Shown here: positions 15,824 through 25,182 of the stretch, piece by piece
How positions within the stretch are numbered: position 1 is the stretch's first letter
Layout: every line of letters begins with the position of its first letter
Assembly: GCA_038231275.1 (NCBI GenBank)
Contig: JBBRLQ010000052.1
Coordinates: 1 to 31,317 of the forward strand
Source: Polyangiales bacterium
GTDB taxonomy: Bacteria; Myxococcota_A; Polyangia; Polyangiales; Polyangiaceae
Direction of reading: 5' to 3'
DNA: 31,317 bases
Translations under genes and position numbers: made by a program
Notes under the pieces: generated by a model
Seen by the model: the letters and a program-made list of their open reading frames with translations, nothing else
What the model was told of the DNA's origin: nothing
Databases searched by the model: none

Positions 15824-16815
15824 ATCGACGCCACCTCGTCCACCTCCTCGCCCTCGTCCTCGCCGCTTCGTCGGTCGCGTCACGTGCGCGCGCCGAGCCG
15901 GCCCCCGCGGCCTCGCTGAGCGTCACCACCGAGGGCTGCGACGATCTGCGCGCCGCCGAGATCGAGCGCATCCTCCGCATCGAGCTCGCGGGGGTCGCGG
16001 AGCAATGGGGCGGCGCGGAGCCGCTGCGCGTCGAGCTCTCGTGTGAGGCGTCGCGCGTGCGCGTCCTCGCGATCGATCCGCTCACCGACAAGCGCCTCTC
16101 GCGCGAGGTTTCTCTGCGACGCACGAAGGATCGCGATCGCACCGTCGCGCTCCTCGTGTCGCAGTTGTTCCTCACGTCGTGGTCCGAGCTCCTGATGCGG
16201 CCACCGAGCGACGCCGCGCTTCCACCGCCTCCGCCCCCACCGCCGGCCGTCGCCCGCGCCGCCGAGGGGCTCGCGCGCGAGGCGATTGCGCCGTCATCGC
16301 GGCGCTGGCTCGTCGCGGCCGTCGCGGGTCCGCGCGTGCGTGACACTTCGAGCCCCACGCTCTCCGGACGCCTCGCGCTGCGGCCGTCGCTCCTCCTTGG
16401 GACGCATTGGTCGCTTGCCCTCGAGCTCGGCTACGAGCGCGGATCGGCGAAGCGCGCGAGCGGGAGCGTCGGCTTCGGCGCCGTGTCCGCGCTAATCGGC
16501 GGCGGTCTGCGCACGTCGCCCATCGGGCCTCTCGTCCTCGAAGCGAACGCGCGCGCCGGCGCCGCGTATTTCGATGTCCGTGGTGACGCCAACGCGCCCG
16601 TCATCGGAACCTCGGCGTCCGGCGTCGTCGCCGAGCTCGCCCTCGGCGCAGGTCCGACGCTTCACCTCGGCGCAGCGCGTGTCGGCCTCGAGCTCGGCGT
16701 GGGTCTCACCGCTCCGCGCGCGACCGCCCACGTCGCCCGCGACGCCGACGTCGCGCTCGGCGGTGCGTGGGCTGGGCTCAGCCTCGTCGTCGGCGTGGCG
16801 GAGGGCGGGCCGTGA
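15820..16815 (+). CDS. Exported protein: periplasmic N-domain, Pro linker, putative outer-membrane beta-barrel (331 aa)
   Basis: GTGA overlap; signal peptide ending ARA-E; poly-Pro linker; C-terminal half of Gly-rich alternating amphipathic strands. Confidence 0.68.
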   Translation: MNRRHLVHLLALVLAASSVASRARAEPAPAASLSVTTEGCDDLRAAEIERILRIELAGVAEQWGGAEPLRVELSCEASRVRVLAIDPLTDKRLSREVSLRRTKDRDRTVALLVSQLFLTSWSELLMRPPSDAALPPPPPPPPAVARAAEGLAREAIAPSSRRWLVAAVAGPRVRDTSSPTLSGRLALRPSLLLGTHWSLALELGYERGSAKRASGSVGFGAVSALIGGGLRTSPIGPLVLEANARAGAAYFDVRGDANAPVIGTSASGVVAELALGAGPTLHLGAARVGLELGVGLTAPRATAHVARDADVALGGAWAGLSLVVGVAEGGP

Positions 16816-18059
16816 AGCGCGTCGTCGCGAGCGGGTCGCTGGTCGTCCTCGGTCTCGTCGCCGCCGCCGCGTGCGGCTTCGACGACACGGTCCTCCGCGA
16901 CGCGCCCGACGCCGCCGCGCCCGTCCCCGACGCGCCGCCCGGTGACTCCCCCATCGCTCCCTTCGACGTCGCGCCGGTACCCGACGCGCACGGCGTCTTC
17001 GCCGGCCAATACTTCACGTGCGCCATCGTCGCAGGCCGCACCTTTTGCTGGGGGAGCAACGTCGCCGGCACGCTCGGCACCGGCGATCTCGGCAGCCACC
17101 TCGCGCCCACGCCCGTCTCGATCGGCGTCGCGTTCCGAGCGATCGCGCCCGGCGAGTCGCACGCGTGCGGCCTCGAAGAGTCGGCGGGGCGCGTCCTCTG
17201 CTGGGGGCTCGGCGACAAAGGCCGACTCGGCCTCGGCGACACCGCGTCGCGCGCCGTCCCCGACGTCGTGCAGGGCCTCCCTTCCGTCGTCCAGCTCTCG
17301 GCCGGGTACACGAACACGTGCGCGGTCACGAGCGACGGCGCGCTCTTCGGTTGGGGCACCAACGACGAGGGCCAGCTCGGCCTCGGCGACGCGCAAGGCA
17401 ACGCCCCTGTCGTGCGGCCCACCCAGCTCGGCACCGACGTCGACTGGATCATGGCATCCGGCGGCCAAGGTCACACGTGCGGAATCCGAAAGCCCGGCAC
17501 GATGTGGTGCTGGGGCCGCAACACCGCCGGCGAGCTCGGCCTCGGCGACGGCATGCCCAACCAAATCCGCGCGCCCGTGCAGGTCGGCACCTTCGACGAC
17601 TACGTGAGCGTCGACCTCGGTCAAGACAACGCGTGCGCGATCCGAAAAGATGGCTCGCTTTTTTGCTGGGGCTCCGGCGAGTTCGTCGGCGCCGCCTCGC
17701 CGGACGGAGGGCAGTACCTCGTGTCGCCGACGCAAATCGGCACCGACACCGACTGGGCAACGGTGAGCGTCGACGTGTTCTCGGCATGCGCGATCAAGAC
17801 GAACGGTTCCCTCCACTGCTGGGGACGCAACGCCGAGGGCCAGCTCGGCGCGGGAGATCTCGCCTACCGCCCGTCACCCACTCCGGTCGCGACGACGACG
17901 TCGTGGGCCGGCGTCTCGGTCGGACGCTTTCACACATGCGCCGAGAGCACCGCGCGCGAAGTCTTCTGCGCGGGCGCCGACGAGAGCGGCGAGCTCGGGC
18001 TGGGCGACACCGCCCGGCGCAGCGTGTTTACGGCGGTCGTCTTTCCCGGCACGCACTGA
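16812..18059 (+). CDS. RCC1/BLIP-II repeat lipoprotein (415 aa)
   Basis: GTGA overlap; lipobox AAAA-C; seven RCC1-like repeats (CWGSNVAGTLG, CWGLGDKGRLG, GWGTNDEGQLG, CWGRNTAGELG, CWGSG, CWGRNAEGQLG, CAGADESGELG). Confidence 0.92.
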   Translation: MKRVVASGSLVVLGLVAAAACGFDDTVLRDAPDAAAPVPDAPPGDSPIAPFDVAPVPDAHGVFAGQYFTCAIVAGRTFCWGSNVAGTLGTGDLGSHLAPTPVSIGVAFRAIAPGESHACGLEESAGRVLCWGLGDKGRLGLGDTASRAVPDVVQGLPSVVQLSAGYTNTCAVTSDGALFGWGTNDEGQLGLGDAQGNAPVVRPTQLGTDVDWIMASGGQGHTCGIRKPGTMWCWGRNTAGELGLGDGMPNQIRAPVQVGTFDDYVSVDLGQDNACAIRKDGSLFCWGSGEFVGAASPDGGQYLVSPTQIGTDTDWATVSVDVFSACAIKTNGSLHCWGRNAEGQLGAGDLAYRPSPTPVATTTSWAGVSVGRFHTCAESTAREVFCAGADESGELGLGDTARRSVFTAVVFPGTH

Positions 18060-18141
18060 GGTCCCACCCCCCGTGGCACGCTGTCACGGACGAAGAACGG
18101 CCCACTCCACGAAGATCATGGAGTTTTTGCTCATGCGTGGT

Positions 18142-18158
18142 CCGGAACGGGAGATGCA
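18142..18158 (+). promoter_or_regulatory. Possible sigma54 promoter
   Basis: CCGGAACGGGAGATGCA has GG-N10-GC spacing but a degenerate consensus. Predicted +1 falls just before the GGAGG RBS at 18173. Confidence 0.4.
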
Positions 18159-18186
18159 AAGTCTTGGGTGTCGGAGGACATTGTCG

Positions 18187-18408
18187 ATGACGGCAGAGGT
18201 GCTCGTGTTGATGCGTCGCCTGGTGGTGGGCGCGCTCGTGCTCGTCGGCGCGGCGGTGCTGACGTTCGAGGTGACGGCCTTCGCGAAGCCGATCTCGACC
18301 CTTCCCGCGCCGATGGCCCATCCGCCCATCACGACGGAAGAGACGTGCGCGCACGCGCTCGCGCCGGTGGTCTCTCACCCCGATCGACCGCCCGCGTCGC
18401 ATCTCTGA
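18187..18408 (+). CDS. Small exported/membrane protein (73 aa)
   Basis: GGAGG RBS 9 bp before ATG 18187 (ATG 18211 is an alternative). MRRLVVGALVLVGAAVLTFEVTAFA resembles a signal peptide. Confidence 0.55.
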   Translation: MTAEVLVLMRRLVVGALVLVGAAVLTFEVTAFAKPISTLPAPMAHPPITTEETCAHALAPVVSHPDRPPASHL

Positions 18409-18445
18409 ACGCGCCCCCTCTGCCGAGCAACAAAGTGCGCTGAGT

Positions 18446-18462
18446 CTGGAAATTTGCGTGCA
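18446..18462 (+). promoter_or_regulatory. Possible sigma54 promoter
   Basis: CTGGAAATTTGCGTGCA has GG-N10-GC spacing, 31 bp upstream of ATG 18494. Confidence 0.4.
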
Positions 18463-18493
18463 AGGCGTACGCAGCTTGACTAATGGAGCGGCC

Positions 18494-18700
18494 ATGACCC
18501 AGTCGTTGGAGCCGTCTGCTCGCTTGTCGGGAGTTGACCCGTTCCGCGCCCCGGAGTTTCCGGTCGGCGAGGAACACGTCGAAAAGGTGTGGTTCGATCA
18601 GCCGCCGTCGTCGCGGCGGGTCTCGGTTCGCCCGAGCGCGCCGCCGGCGTCGACCGCGACGCCTATCGGCGATCGCGACGCGGACGCTTGGTTTCGCTGA
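18494..18700 (+). CDS. Small hypothetical protein (68 aa)
   Basis: GGAG RBS 5 bp before ATG; GC-rich third codon positions; fills the gap up to the convergent gene; ends PIGDRDADAWFR. Confidence 0.65.
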   Translation: MTQSLEPSARLSGVDPFRAPEFPVGEEHVEKVWFDQPPSSRRVSVRPSAPPASTATPIGDRDADAWFR

Positions 18701-18709
18701 CGTCGTGAG

Positions 18710-19705
18710 TCACGGGGGCGCAGGCCCGTCCGCGCCGCGCCGCCCTCGGAGCGGCGGATCCTGTCCGGTCAAGCCATCCACGAACGCGTTGTAGCGCGTC
18801 GTGATCGGCAGCGCCTCGCCCAGCTCTCGCGGCTCCAGCGCCTTTTGCACGAACGACGTCCCGACGGGGAACGCCGTGACGAGCCGCGGTCCATCGACGC
18901 TCGAATCCGCCACCGAGTAGACCAGCAGGTGCGTGCTCGCGCCGCTGGTCACGGCGCGCGGAAACGGCACGAAATCCGTGCGAAGGAGGACCGTGCGTCC
19001 CGAGATGACGAGCGTCTCGGTGAGCTGAGTGACGGCGAGCTGATCGTACGCGACGCCGGCGATCGAAGGATCGACCGCCCCCGCGTGGCGCTCGAGCGTC
19101 GCGCGCGCGCGGGCGTCGCGACGAAACGCGATCCGCCCGGCAAAATACGTGGCATTGGCGAGGAGCGTGCCCGTGGCGGGCCGCGGCCCGAGCGCGCCCT
19201 TCGTCAGCGAGAACGCGAGCTCGAGGTCCGTCTTCACCCAGCGCGCGCGCTTGTACCCGAACGGCGTGCGCAGCGTGCTCAGCAGGTACCCGTACGTGTG
19301 CGCGATGCCCGCGTGCATCTTCATTCCGTCGCGGGCCGGCGCGTGCGCGCGCGAGAGGAGCGCGTCGAGGACGGCCGGCGGGACGATCTCCGCGTGATCG
19401 AGCTCGTCCACGTCGAGGCTCGTCCCCCAGAGCGCGAGGAGCTCGGGGCGGCTCGCGTCGTCCTCGGCGGCCGCCGCGAGCTCGGGCGCGTACGTGGAGA
19501 GCGCGCTGGATACGTCTCCTCCCGCCGCCGCCTCCTTCGCGAGCGCACGTCCGATCGCGCCCCACGGACAGTCCTCGACCGTCTCCTGCCCCAGGGGACA
19601 CGTCCCCGCCGGGCGACCGCCGCGCGCCGCTGCGCACCCGCCGATCGCGAGAGAGAGCAGCACCGCCGAGGCGCAGCGCGTGTCCGAGAGACCCACGCCG
19701 GCCAT
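18710..19705 (-). CDS. Hypothetical lipoprotein with enzyme-like His/Tyr motif (~330 aa)
   Basis: Start is either ATG 19705 (GGAG upstream) or GTG 19696. Lipobox LAIGG-C; globular region containing HAGIAHTYGYLLSTLRTPFGYKRARW. Confidence 0.75.
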   Translation of the reverse strand: MAGVGLSDTRCASAVLLSLAIGGCAAARGGRPAGTCPLGQETVEDCPWGAIGRALAKEAAAGGDVSSALSTYAPELAAAAEDDASRPELLALWGTSLDVDELDHAEIVPPAVLDALLSRAHAPARDGMKMHAGIAHTYGYLLSTLRTPFGYKRARWVKTDLELAFSLTKGALGPRPATGTLLANATYFAGRIAFRRDARARATLERHAGAVDPSIAGVAYDQLAVTQLTETLVISGRTVLLRTDFVPFPRAVTSGASTHLLVYSVADSSVDGPRLVTAFPVGTSFVQKALEPRELGEALPITTRYNAFVDGLTGQDPPLRGRRGADGPAPP

Positions 19706-19818
19706 CCTACGCTCCACCGTGGAAGCCCGCTCGGCAATGGCCCACGTTTCCACACAAAGGTGACAAATTCGCCGAAGCCGGCCCGCGCGAGTGTACGAAA
19801 AATCGGACAACGCCCATT

Positions 19819-19865
19819 CATTGGTTTGATTTCATTCATAAATATTACTTGGCAAAGAGGTTGCT
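19819..19865 (+). promoter_or_regulatory. Sigma54 promoter with upstream IHF-like site
   Basis: TTGGCAAAGAGGTTGCT (19849-19865) has GG-N10-GC spacing. Minus-strand AATCAAACCAATG (19831-19819) is one mismatch from WATCAANNNNTTR and is flanked by the most AT-rich tract I saw in the window. Confidence 0.72.
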
Positions 19866-19892
19866 CTAGGGCCGGCACGAGGTGCTTCTGCC

Positions 19893-20991
<1,099 letters not shown>

Positions 20992-21020
<29 letters not shown>

Positions 21021-21633
21021 CACCGACGAGGCGCACGCTGATGCGCGCGAGATCGGCGGTCCAGGTGACGTTCGCTCCAGCGGCGACCTGCTCGAGCCGG
21101 GCGACGGCGCGGAAGCCGCGACGAACGAAGCGCACGCGATGGGCGCCGGGGTCCACGAAGACCGGCGCCGCGAACGGGGTCGTCCCCACGCGCTCTTCGT
21201 CGACCATCACGTCGACGCCCGCGAGCGCTCCGGTGACGGTGACGGTGGCGACGGACTTCTCGAGGATCGCACGCCAACGCGCCGCCTCGTCGCGATCGAC
21301 CTTGGTGAGGAGCGCGCCGCCCGACGCGACATACGCATCGATGAGCGTGAGCGCCTTCGCCGCGTGCCCGAGCTTTCTCTCGCACGCGGCCATGTTCCAC
21401 TGAAGGCGCGGATCGCGCGAGCCCTCGAACGCGCGTCCGAACGCGTCGCGCGCGGCCGTGAAGTCGCCCGCCGAATACGCCGCGCGCCCGCGATCGTACG
21501 CGGCGCGCGCGTCCCCGCTGAGGGCCTCCGCGAGGGGTAGAGGAACCACGGCGTCACCCCGCGCAGGGGTCGCGAGAACGAGCGCGCACAGACAAAACGC
21601 GAGGACGAGGAAGGAACGGCGGGAGTGCTTCAC
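20992..21633 (-). CDS. TPR + PEGA domain exported protein, possibly C-terminally truncated (213 aa)
   Basis: GTGA overlap with kinase stop; signal peptide ending ARG-D. TPR: ARAAYDRGRAAYSAGDFTAA..WNMAACERKLG. PEGA: VMVDEERVGTTP..VDPGAHRVRFVRRGF. The 3' end overlaps the convergent gene by 29 bp. Confidence 0.82.
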
Positions 21634-22982
21634 TTGAGATCCATGTCACCCGGTGGCTTCGCCGACCGCGGCCGCGGAGGTGCCACCGGGCGCGCGCTCG
21701 TCCCCGCGTCGACCGCGACCGGAGTCGGAGTCGGAGTCGGAGTCGGAGTCGGAGTCGGGGTCGGAGTCGGGGTCGGAATCGGGGTCGGAGTCGGGGTCGG
21801 AGTCGCGGTCGACGTCGCGGTCGACGTCGAGGTCCCGGTCGACGTCGTTCGCCACGCGAAAAACAGGATGACGACCGCCGCGATGACGAGCGGCGCGATG
21901 CGGCGAAGCTTCGACGGCGCAGGCTGCGCGGGCGGCGGCGGACTTGGCGGCGGCGTCGAGAGGGCGACCGGCTTGTCCAGCGTCGCCGCGGCTTCCATCG
22001 ACATCGACATCGTCCGCGGCTCGTCGGCGCGCAGAGGAGCCGCGATCGGCTGCCGGCCCGACGATGGGCGCGACGCGAAGAGGACGTTTTTCACGCGCTC
22101 GGCGATCGCCTCACCGCCCGGCGCGAACGGCGCGAGGGCCAGCGCGAGGTCGGCGACGTTCGCGTACCTCTTCGCAGGATCCTTCTCGAGGCAGCGCTGC
22201 ACGATCGCCTCGAGCGCCGTCGGAGCATCCGCGCGCGCGACGGTGAGCGGCGTCGGCGGCTCGGTCGCGATCCGCGCGCCGAGGGCCGTCGCGCTGTCCG
22301 CGTCGAACGGCATCGCGCCGGTCACCAGCTCGTGCAGTACCACGCCGAGCGACCACACGTCGGTCCGTGCATCGACGTCACGCGACGACTTCAGCTGCTC
22401 GGGTGACATGTACGACGGCGACCCGAGCGCCCTCTCCGCGCCTGTCACGCCGAGCGCGTCGTCCGCAGCATCGCGCGGCGCCTTCGAGATCCCGAAGTCG
22501 AGCACCTTCACGATCCCCGGCGTACCCGGCCGGCTCGCGAGGAAGAGGTTCGCGGGCTTCAGATCGCGGTGCACGATCCCGACGGCGTGCGCTTCGGCGA
22601 GGCCCATGCACGCCTGGAGCACGACGTCGACGGCGCGCGCCACGTCGAGCGGGCCATCTCCCGCGAGCACCGCCGACAGATCGCGCCCCTCCAGGTACTC
22701 CATCACCAGGAACGGCGTCCCCGTCTCGCTCTCGTCGACGTCGAGGATGCGCACGACATGATCGCTCTGGATCTTCGCCGCCGCGCGGGCCTCGCGGGCG
22801 AACCTCGCCACCGCGCCGGCCTTCGCCGCGGTCTCGGGCGCGAGCATCTTGAGCGCGACGTTCTGCTCGAGCCGCAAGTGCCGCGCGAGCACGACGACGC
22901 CCATGCCGCCGGTGCCGAGCACGCGCTTCACGCGGTATTTGCCGCGGAGGATCTCCCCTTCCTGGAACCGGCTCGTCGTCAT
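21630..22982 (-). CDS. Membrane-anchored Ser/Thr protein kinase (450 aa)
   Basis: GTGGMGVV, VALK, HRDLKPAN, DFG, GSPSYMSPE, DVWSLG. TM segment IAPLVIAAVVILFFAW, then a Pro/Thr-rich external tail. GGAG RBS. Confidence 0.95.
   Translation of the reverse strand: MTTSRFQEGEILRGKYRVKRVLGTGGMGVVVLARHLRLEQNVALKMLAPETAAKAGAVARFAREARAAAKIQSDHVVRILDVDESETGTPFLVMEYLEGRDLSAVLAGDGPLDVARAVDVVLQACMGLAEAHAVGIVHRDLKPANLFLASRPGTPGIVKVLDFGISKAPRDAADDALGVTGAERALGSPSYMSPEQLKSSRDVDARTDVWSLGVVLHELVTGAMPFDADSATALGARIATEPPTPLTVARADAPTALEAIVQRCLEKDPAKRYANVADLALALAPFAPGGEAIAERVKNVLFASRPSSGRQPIAAPLRADEPRTMSMSMEAAATLDKPVALSTPPPSPPPPAQPAPSKLRRIAPLVIAAVVILFFAWRTTSTGTSTSTATSTATPTPTPTPIPTPTPTPTPTPTPTPTPTPVAVDAGTSARPVAPPRPRSAKPPGDMDLK
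21721..21804. repeat. Hexamer microsatellite (GGRGTC)n encoding Pro-Thr linker
   Basis: 14 units, the first 6 perfect GGAGTC; degenerate units continue to about 21846. Confidence 0.95.
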
Positions 22983-23056
22983 GGGCTCCGTTTGCGGCCT
23001 ATTTCAGGATGGTAACCGATCGTGCACAACTCGGCCAAAGCCGGCAGAATGACCCC

Positions 23057-24460
23057 ATGGCCGGCGACAGCGGCGGAAAAGAGACGCAGGAGGTCGGCGC
23101 TGCCTTGGCGGCCGCGCCGGCGCCCGTCCACTTGAAGGCCGTCGTCGTCGCGGGGCCTGACGAAGGTCGCGAGGTGCCGCTCGAGGCCGCGCTCGAGATC
23201 GGCACGGGCGCGTCGTGCGGGCTCGTTTTGTCCGATGGCGCCGTGTCGCGCCGGCACGTTTCCATCTCGCAGCTCGCGGGCCGCGTCATCGTTCGCGATC
23301 TCGGCAGCCGCAACGGCACCTTCCTCGGCGGCGTTCGCCTCGTCGAGGCGGAGGTCCCCGTCGGCGCGGTCGTCACGCTCGGCCGCACCAGCGTCGCGAT
23401 CCAACCGCGCTGGTACACGCGCGAGGTGATGCCGTCGAGCAAGCGCAGCTTCGGCGAGCTCATCGGCGAATCGGTCGCGATGCGCGAGATCTTCGCCATC
23501 CTCGAGCGCATCGCCCCCACCGACGTGACCATGCTCGTCGAGGGCGAGAGCGGCACCGGCAAGGAGCTCGTCGCGCGCTCCATCCACCACGCCTCGCCGC
23601 GCGCGTCGCGTCCCTACGTCGTGTTCGACTGCGGCGCGGTCCCCGCCGAGCTCGCGGAGAGCGAGCTGTTCGGTCACAAGAAGGGCGCGTTCTCCGGCGC
23701 GCAGGCCGATCGCGAAGGCGCGTTCCAACGCGCGCACGGCGGCACCATCTGCCTCGACGAGATCGGCGAGCTCCCGCTCGATCTGCAGCCCAAGCTCCTC
23801 CGGGTGCTCGAGACCGGCGAGGTGCGCTCGGTCGGCTCCGACGTGCCGCGCAAGATCGACGTGCGCGTCGTCGCCGCGACGAACCGCGATCTCGAGGTCG
23901 AGGCGCGACGTGGCCGGTTCCGCAGCGATCTGCTCTACCGACTCGAGGTGGTGAAGATCCGCATCCCGCCCCTTCGCCTGCGCCCCGAGGACGTCCCCGG
24001 CCTCGCCGCGCGTCTCGTCGACGGGAAGCTCGCGCCCGGCGACACGATCGGCGGCGACAATCTCCGCAAGCTCGTCGGCTACGGATGGCCCGGCAACGTG
24101 CGCGAGCTCCGCAATGTCCTCACGCGCGCGGTCGCGCTCGCGCAGGTGCCGGGCAAGCCCCCGTCGACGTTCGCAGGCCTCGTCTTCAACCTCGGCCCCG
24201 CCTCGTCGCAGCCGGTGACGATCGGCACCGAGTTCCCGGGCGTGTCGTCGCCGCTCCCGTACCGCGACGCGAAGGACCAGCTGATGCTCGACTTTCACCG
24301 CGCGTACGTCGGCGCGCTACTCGAGCGCCACAAAGGGAACGTACAGCGCGCGGCGGCGGCGGCCGGCCTCAGCCGCAACCACCTCTACCAGCTGATGAAG
24401 AAGATCGACGACGGCGCGCCCTCCGAGGACGTCGACGACGACGGCGAGGGCAAGGCGTGA
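23057..24460 (+). CDS. FHA-domain sigma54-dependent enhancer-binding protein (467 aa)
   Basis: [19 protein letters not shown]+: [53 protein letters not shown]. Fis-type [21 protein letters not shown]. Start re-called at ATG 23057. Confidence 0.95.
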   Translation: MAGDSGGKETQEVGAALAAAPAPVHLKAVVVAGPDEGREVPLEAALEIGTGASCGLVLSDGAVSRRHVSISQLAGRVIVRDLGSRNGTFLGGVRLVEAEVPVGAVVTLGRTSVAIQPRWYTREVMPSSKRSFGELIGESVAMREIFAILERIAPTDVTMLVEGESGTGKELVARSIHHASPRASRPYVVFDCGAVPAELAESELFGHKKGAFSGAQADREGAFQRAHGGTICLDEIGELPLDLQPKLLRVLETGEVRSVGSDVPRKIDVRVVAATNRDLEVEARRGRFRSDLLYRLEVVKIRIPPLRLRPEDVPGLAARLVDGKLAPGDTIGGDNLRKLVGYGWPGNVRELRNVLTRAVALAQVPGKPPSTFAGLVFNLGPASSQPVTIGTEFPGVSSPLPYRDAKDQLMLDFHRAYVGALLERHKGNVQRAAAAAGLSRNHLYQLMKKIDDGAPSEDVDDDGEGKA

Positions 24461-25182
24461 CGCGACTCGCGGCGATCTCCGCGCTCGCGATCCTCCTCGC
24501 CGCGACGGCCGCGCACGCCGACGGGGCGAGCAGCGCTCCGGTCGATCCGGCCGCCGATCGCGCCGAGGCGCTGGGCGAAGAGGCGTACCAGGCGAACGCC
24601 GCGGGCCGTCACCGTGACGCGATCGAGCTGTATTTGCGGGCATTCGACGCGGCGCCGGCCGCGCGGTTCTTGCTCAACATCGCGGATCTCTACGAAGTGC
24701 GCCTCCGCGATCACGAGCGCGCCGTGATCTTCTATCGCCGCTACGTCGAGTCTCCCGACGCGGAGCCGGACCTGGCACGCCGCGCGCTGGATCGTTTGTC
24801 GGCGCCGACGCCGATGGTCCCGAGCCCGCCCGGCGAAGAGCGTCCGGCGCCTCCGCCCCCGCCGAAGGGCTCACCGTCGTCGATGCGAACGTGGGGGTAC
24901 GTCGCGGGAGCCACCGGCGTCGGTGCGCTGGTGGCCGGCATCGTCCTCGCCCTCGTCGCGAAATCGAAGAACGACGACGCCGCGCGCTCGTGCGTCGGTC
25001 AAGCGTGTACCGATCCGCGCGCGCTGACGCTGAGCGATCAGGCCGCGGGGCTCGCGACGGCGGCCGACGTCGCGTTCGTGGCGGGCGGCGTCCTCGTCGC
25101 GGGAGGCCTCACGCTCGTCCTCCTCTCGCCGTCGCCGAACGCGCCGCCGCGCGGGCTCGCCGTGTCGGGGGTCTTCCGTTGA
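24457..25182 (+). CDS. TPR protein with signal peptide and C-terminal hydrophobic hairpin (241 aa)
   Basis: GTGA overlap; signal ending AHA-D. TPR: AYQANAAGRHRDAIELYLRAF..FLLNIA. Pro linker, then two hydrophobic helices flanking CVGQAC; ends GLAVSGVFR. Confidence 0.85.
   Translation: MTRLAAISALAILLAATAAHADGASSAPVDPAADRAEALGEEAYQANAAGRHRDAIELYLRAFDAAPAARFLLNIADLYEVRLRDHERAVIFYRRYVESPDAEPDLARRALDRLSAPTPMVPSPPGEERPAPPPPPKGSPSSMRTWGYVAGATGVGALVAGIVLALVAKSKNDDAARSCVGQACTDPRALTLSDQAAGLATAADVAFVAGGVLVAGGLTLVLLSPSPNAPPRGLAVSGVFR

Noticed and set aside
18073..18090. TGGCACG perfect sigma54 -24 box
   Set aside because: No GC at the -12 position (reads CG after 10 nt).
23023..23038. Minus-strand TTGGCCGAGTTGTGCA as sigma54 promoter for the kinase
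   Set aside because: Spacing is GG-N9-GC; sigma54 requires N10.
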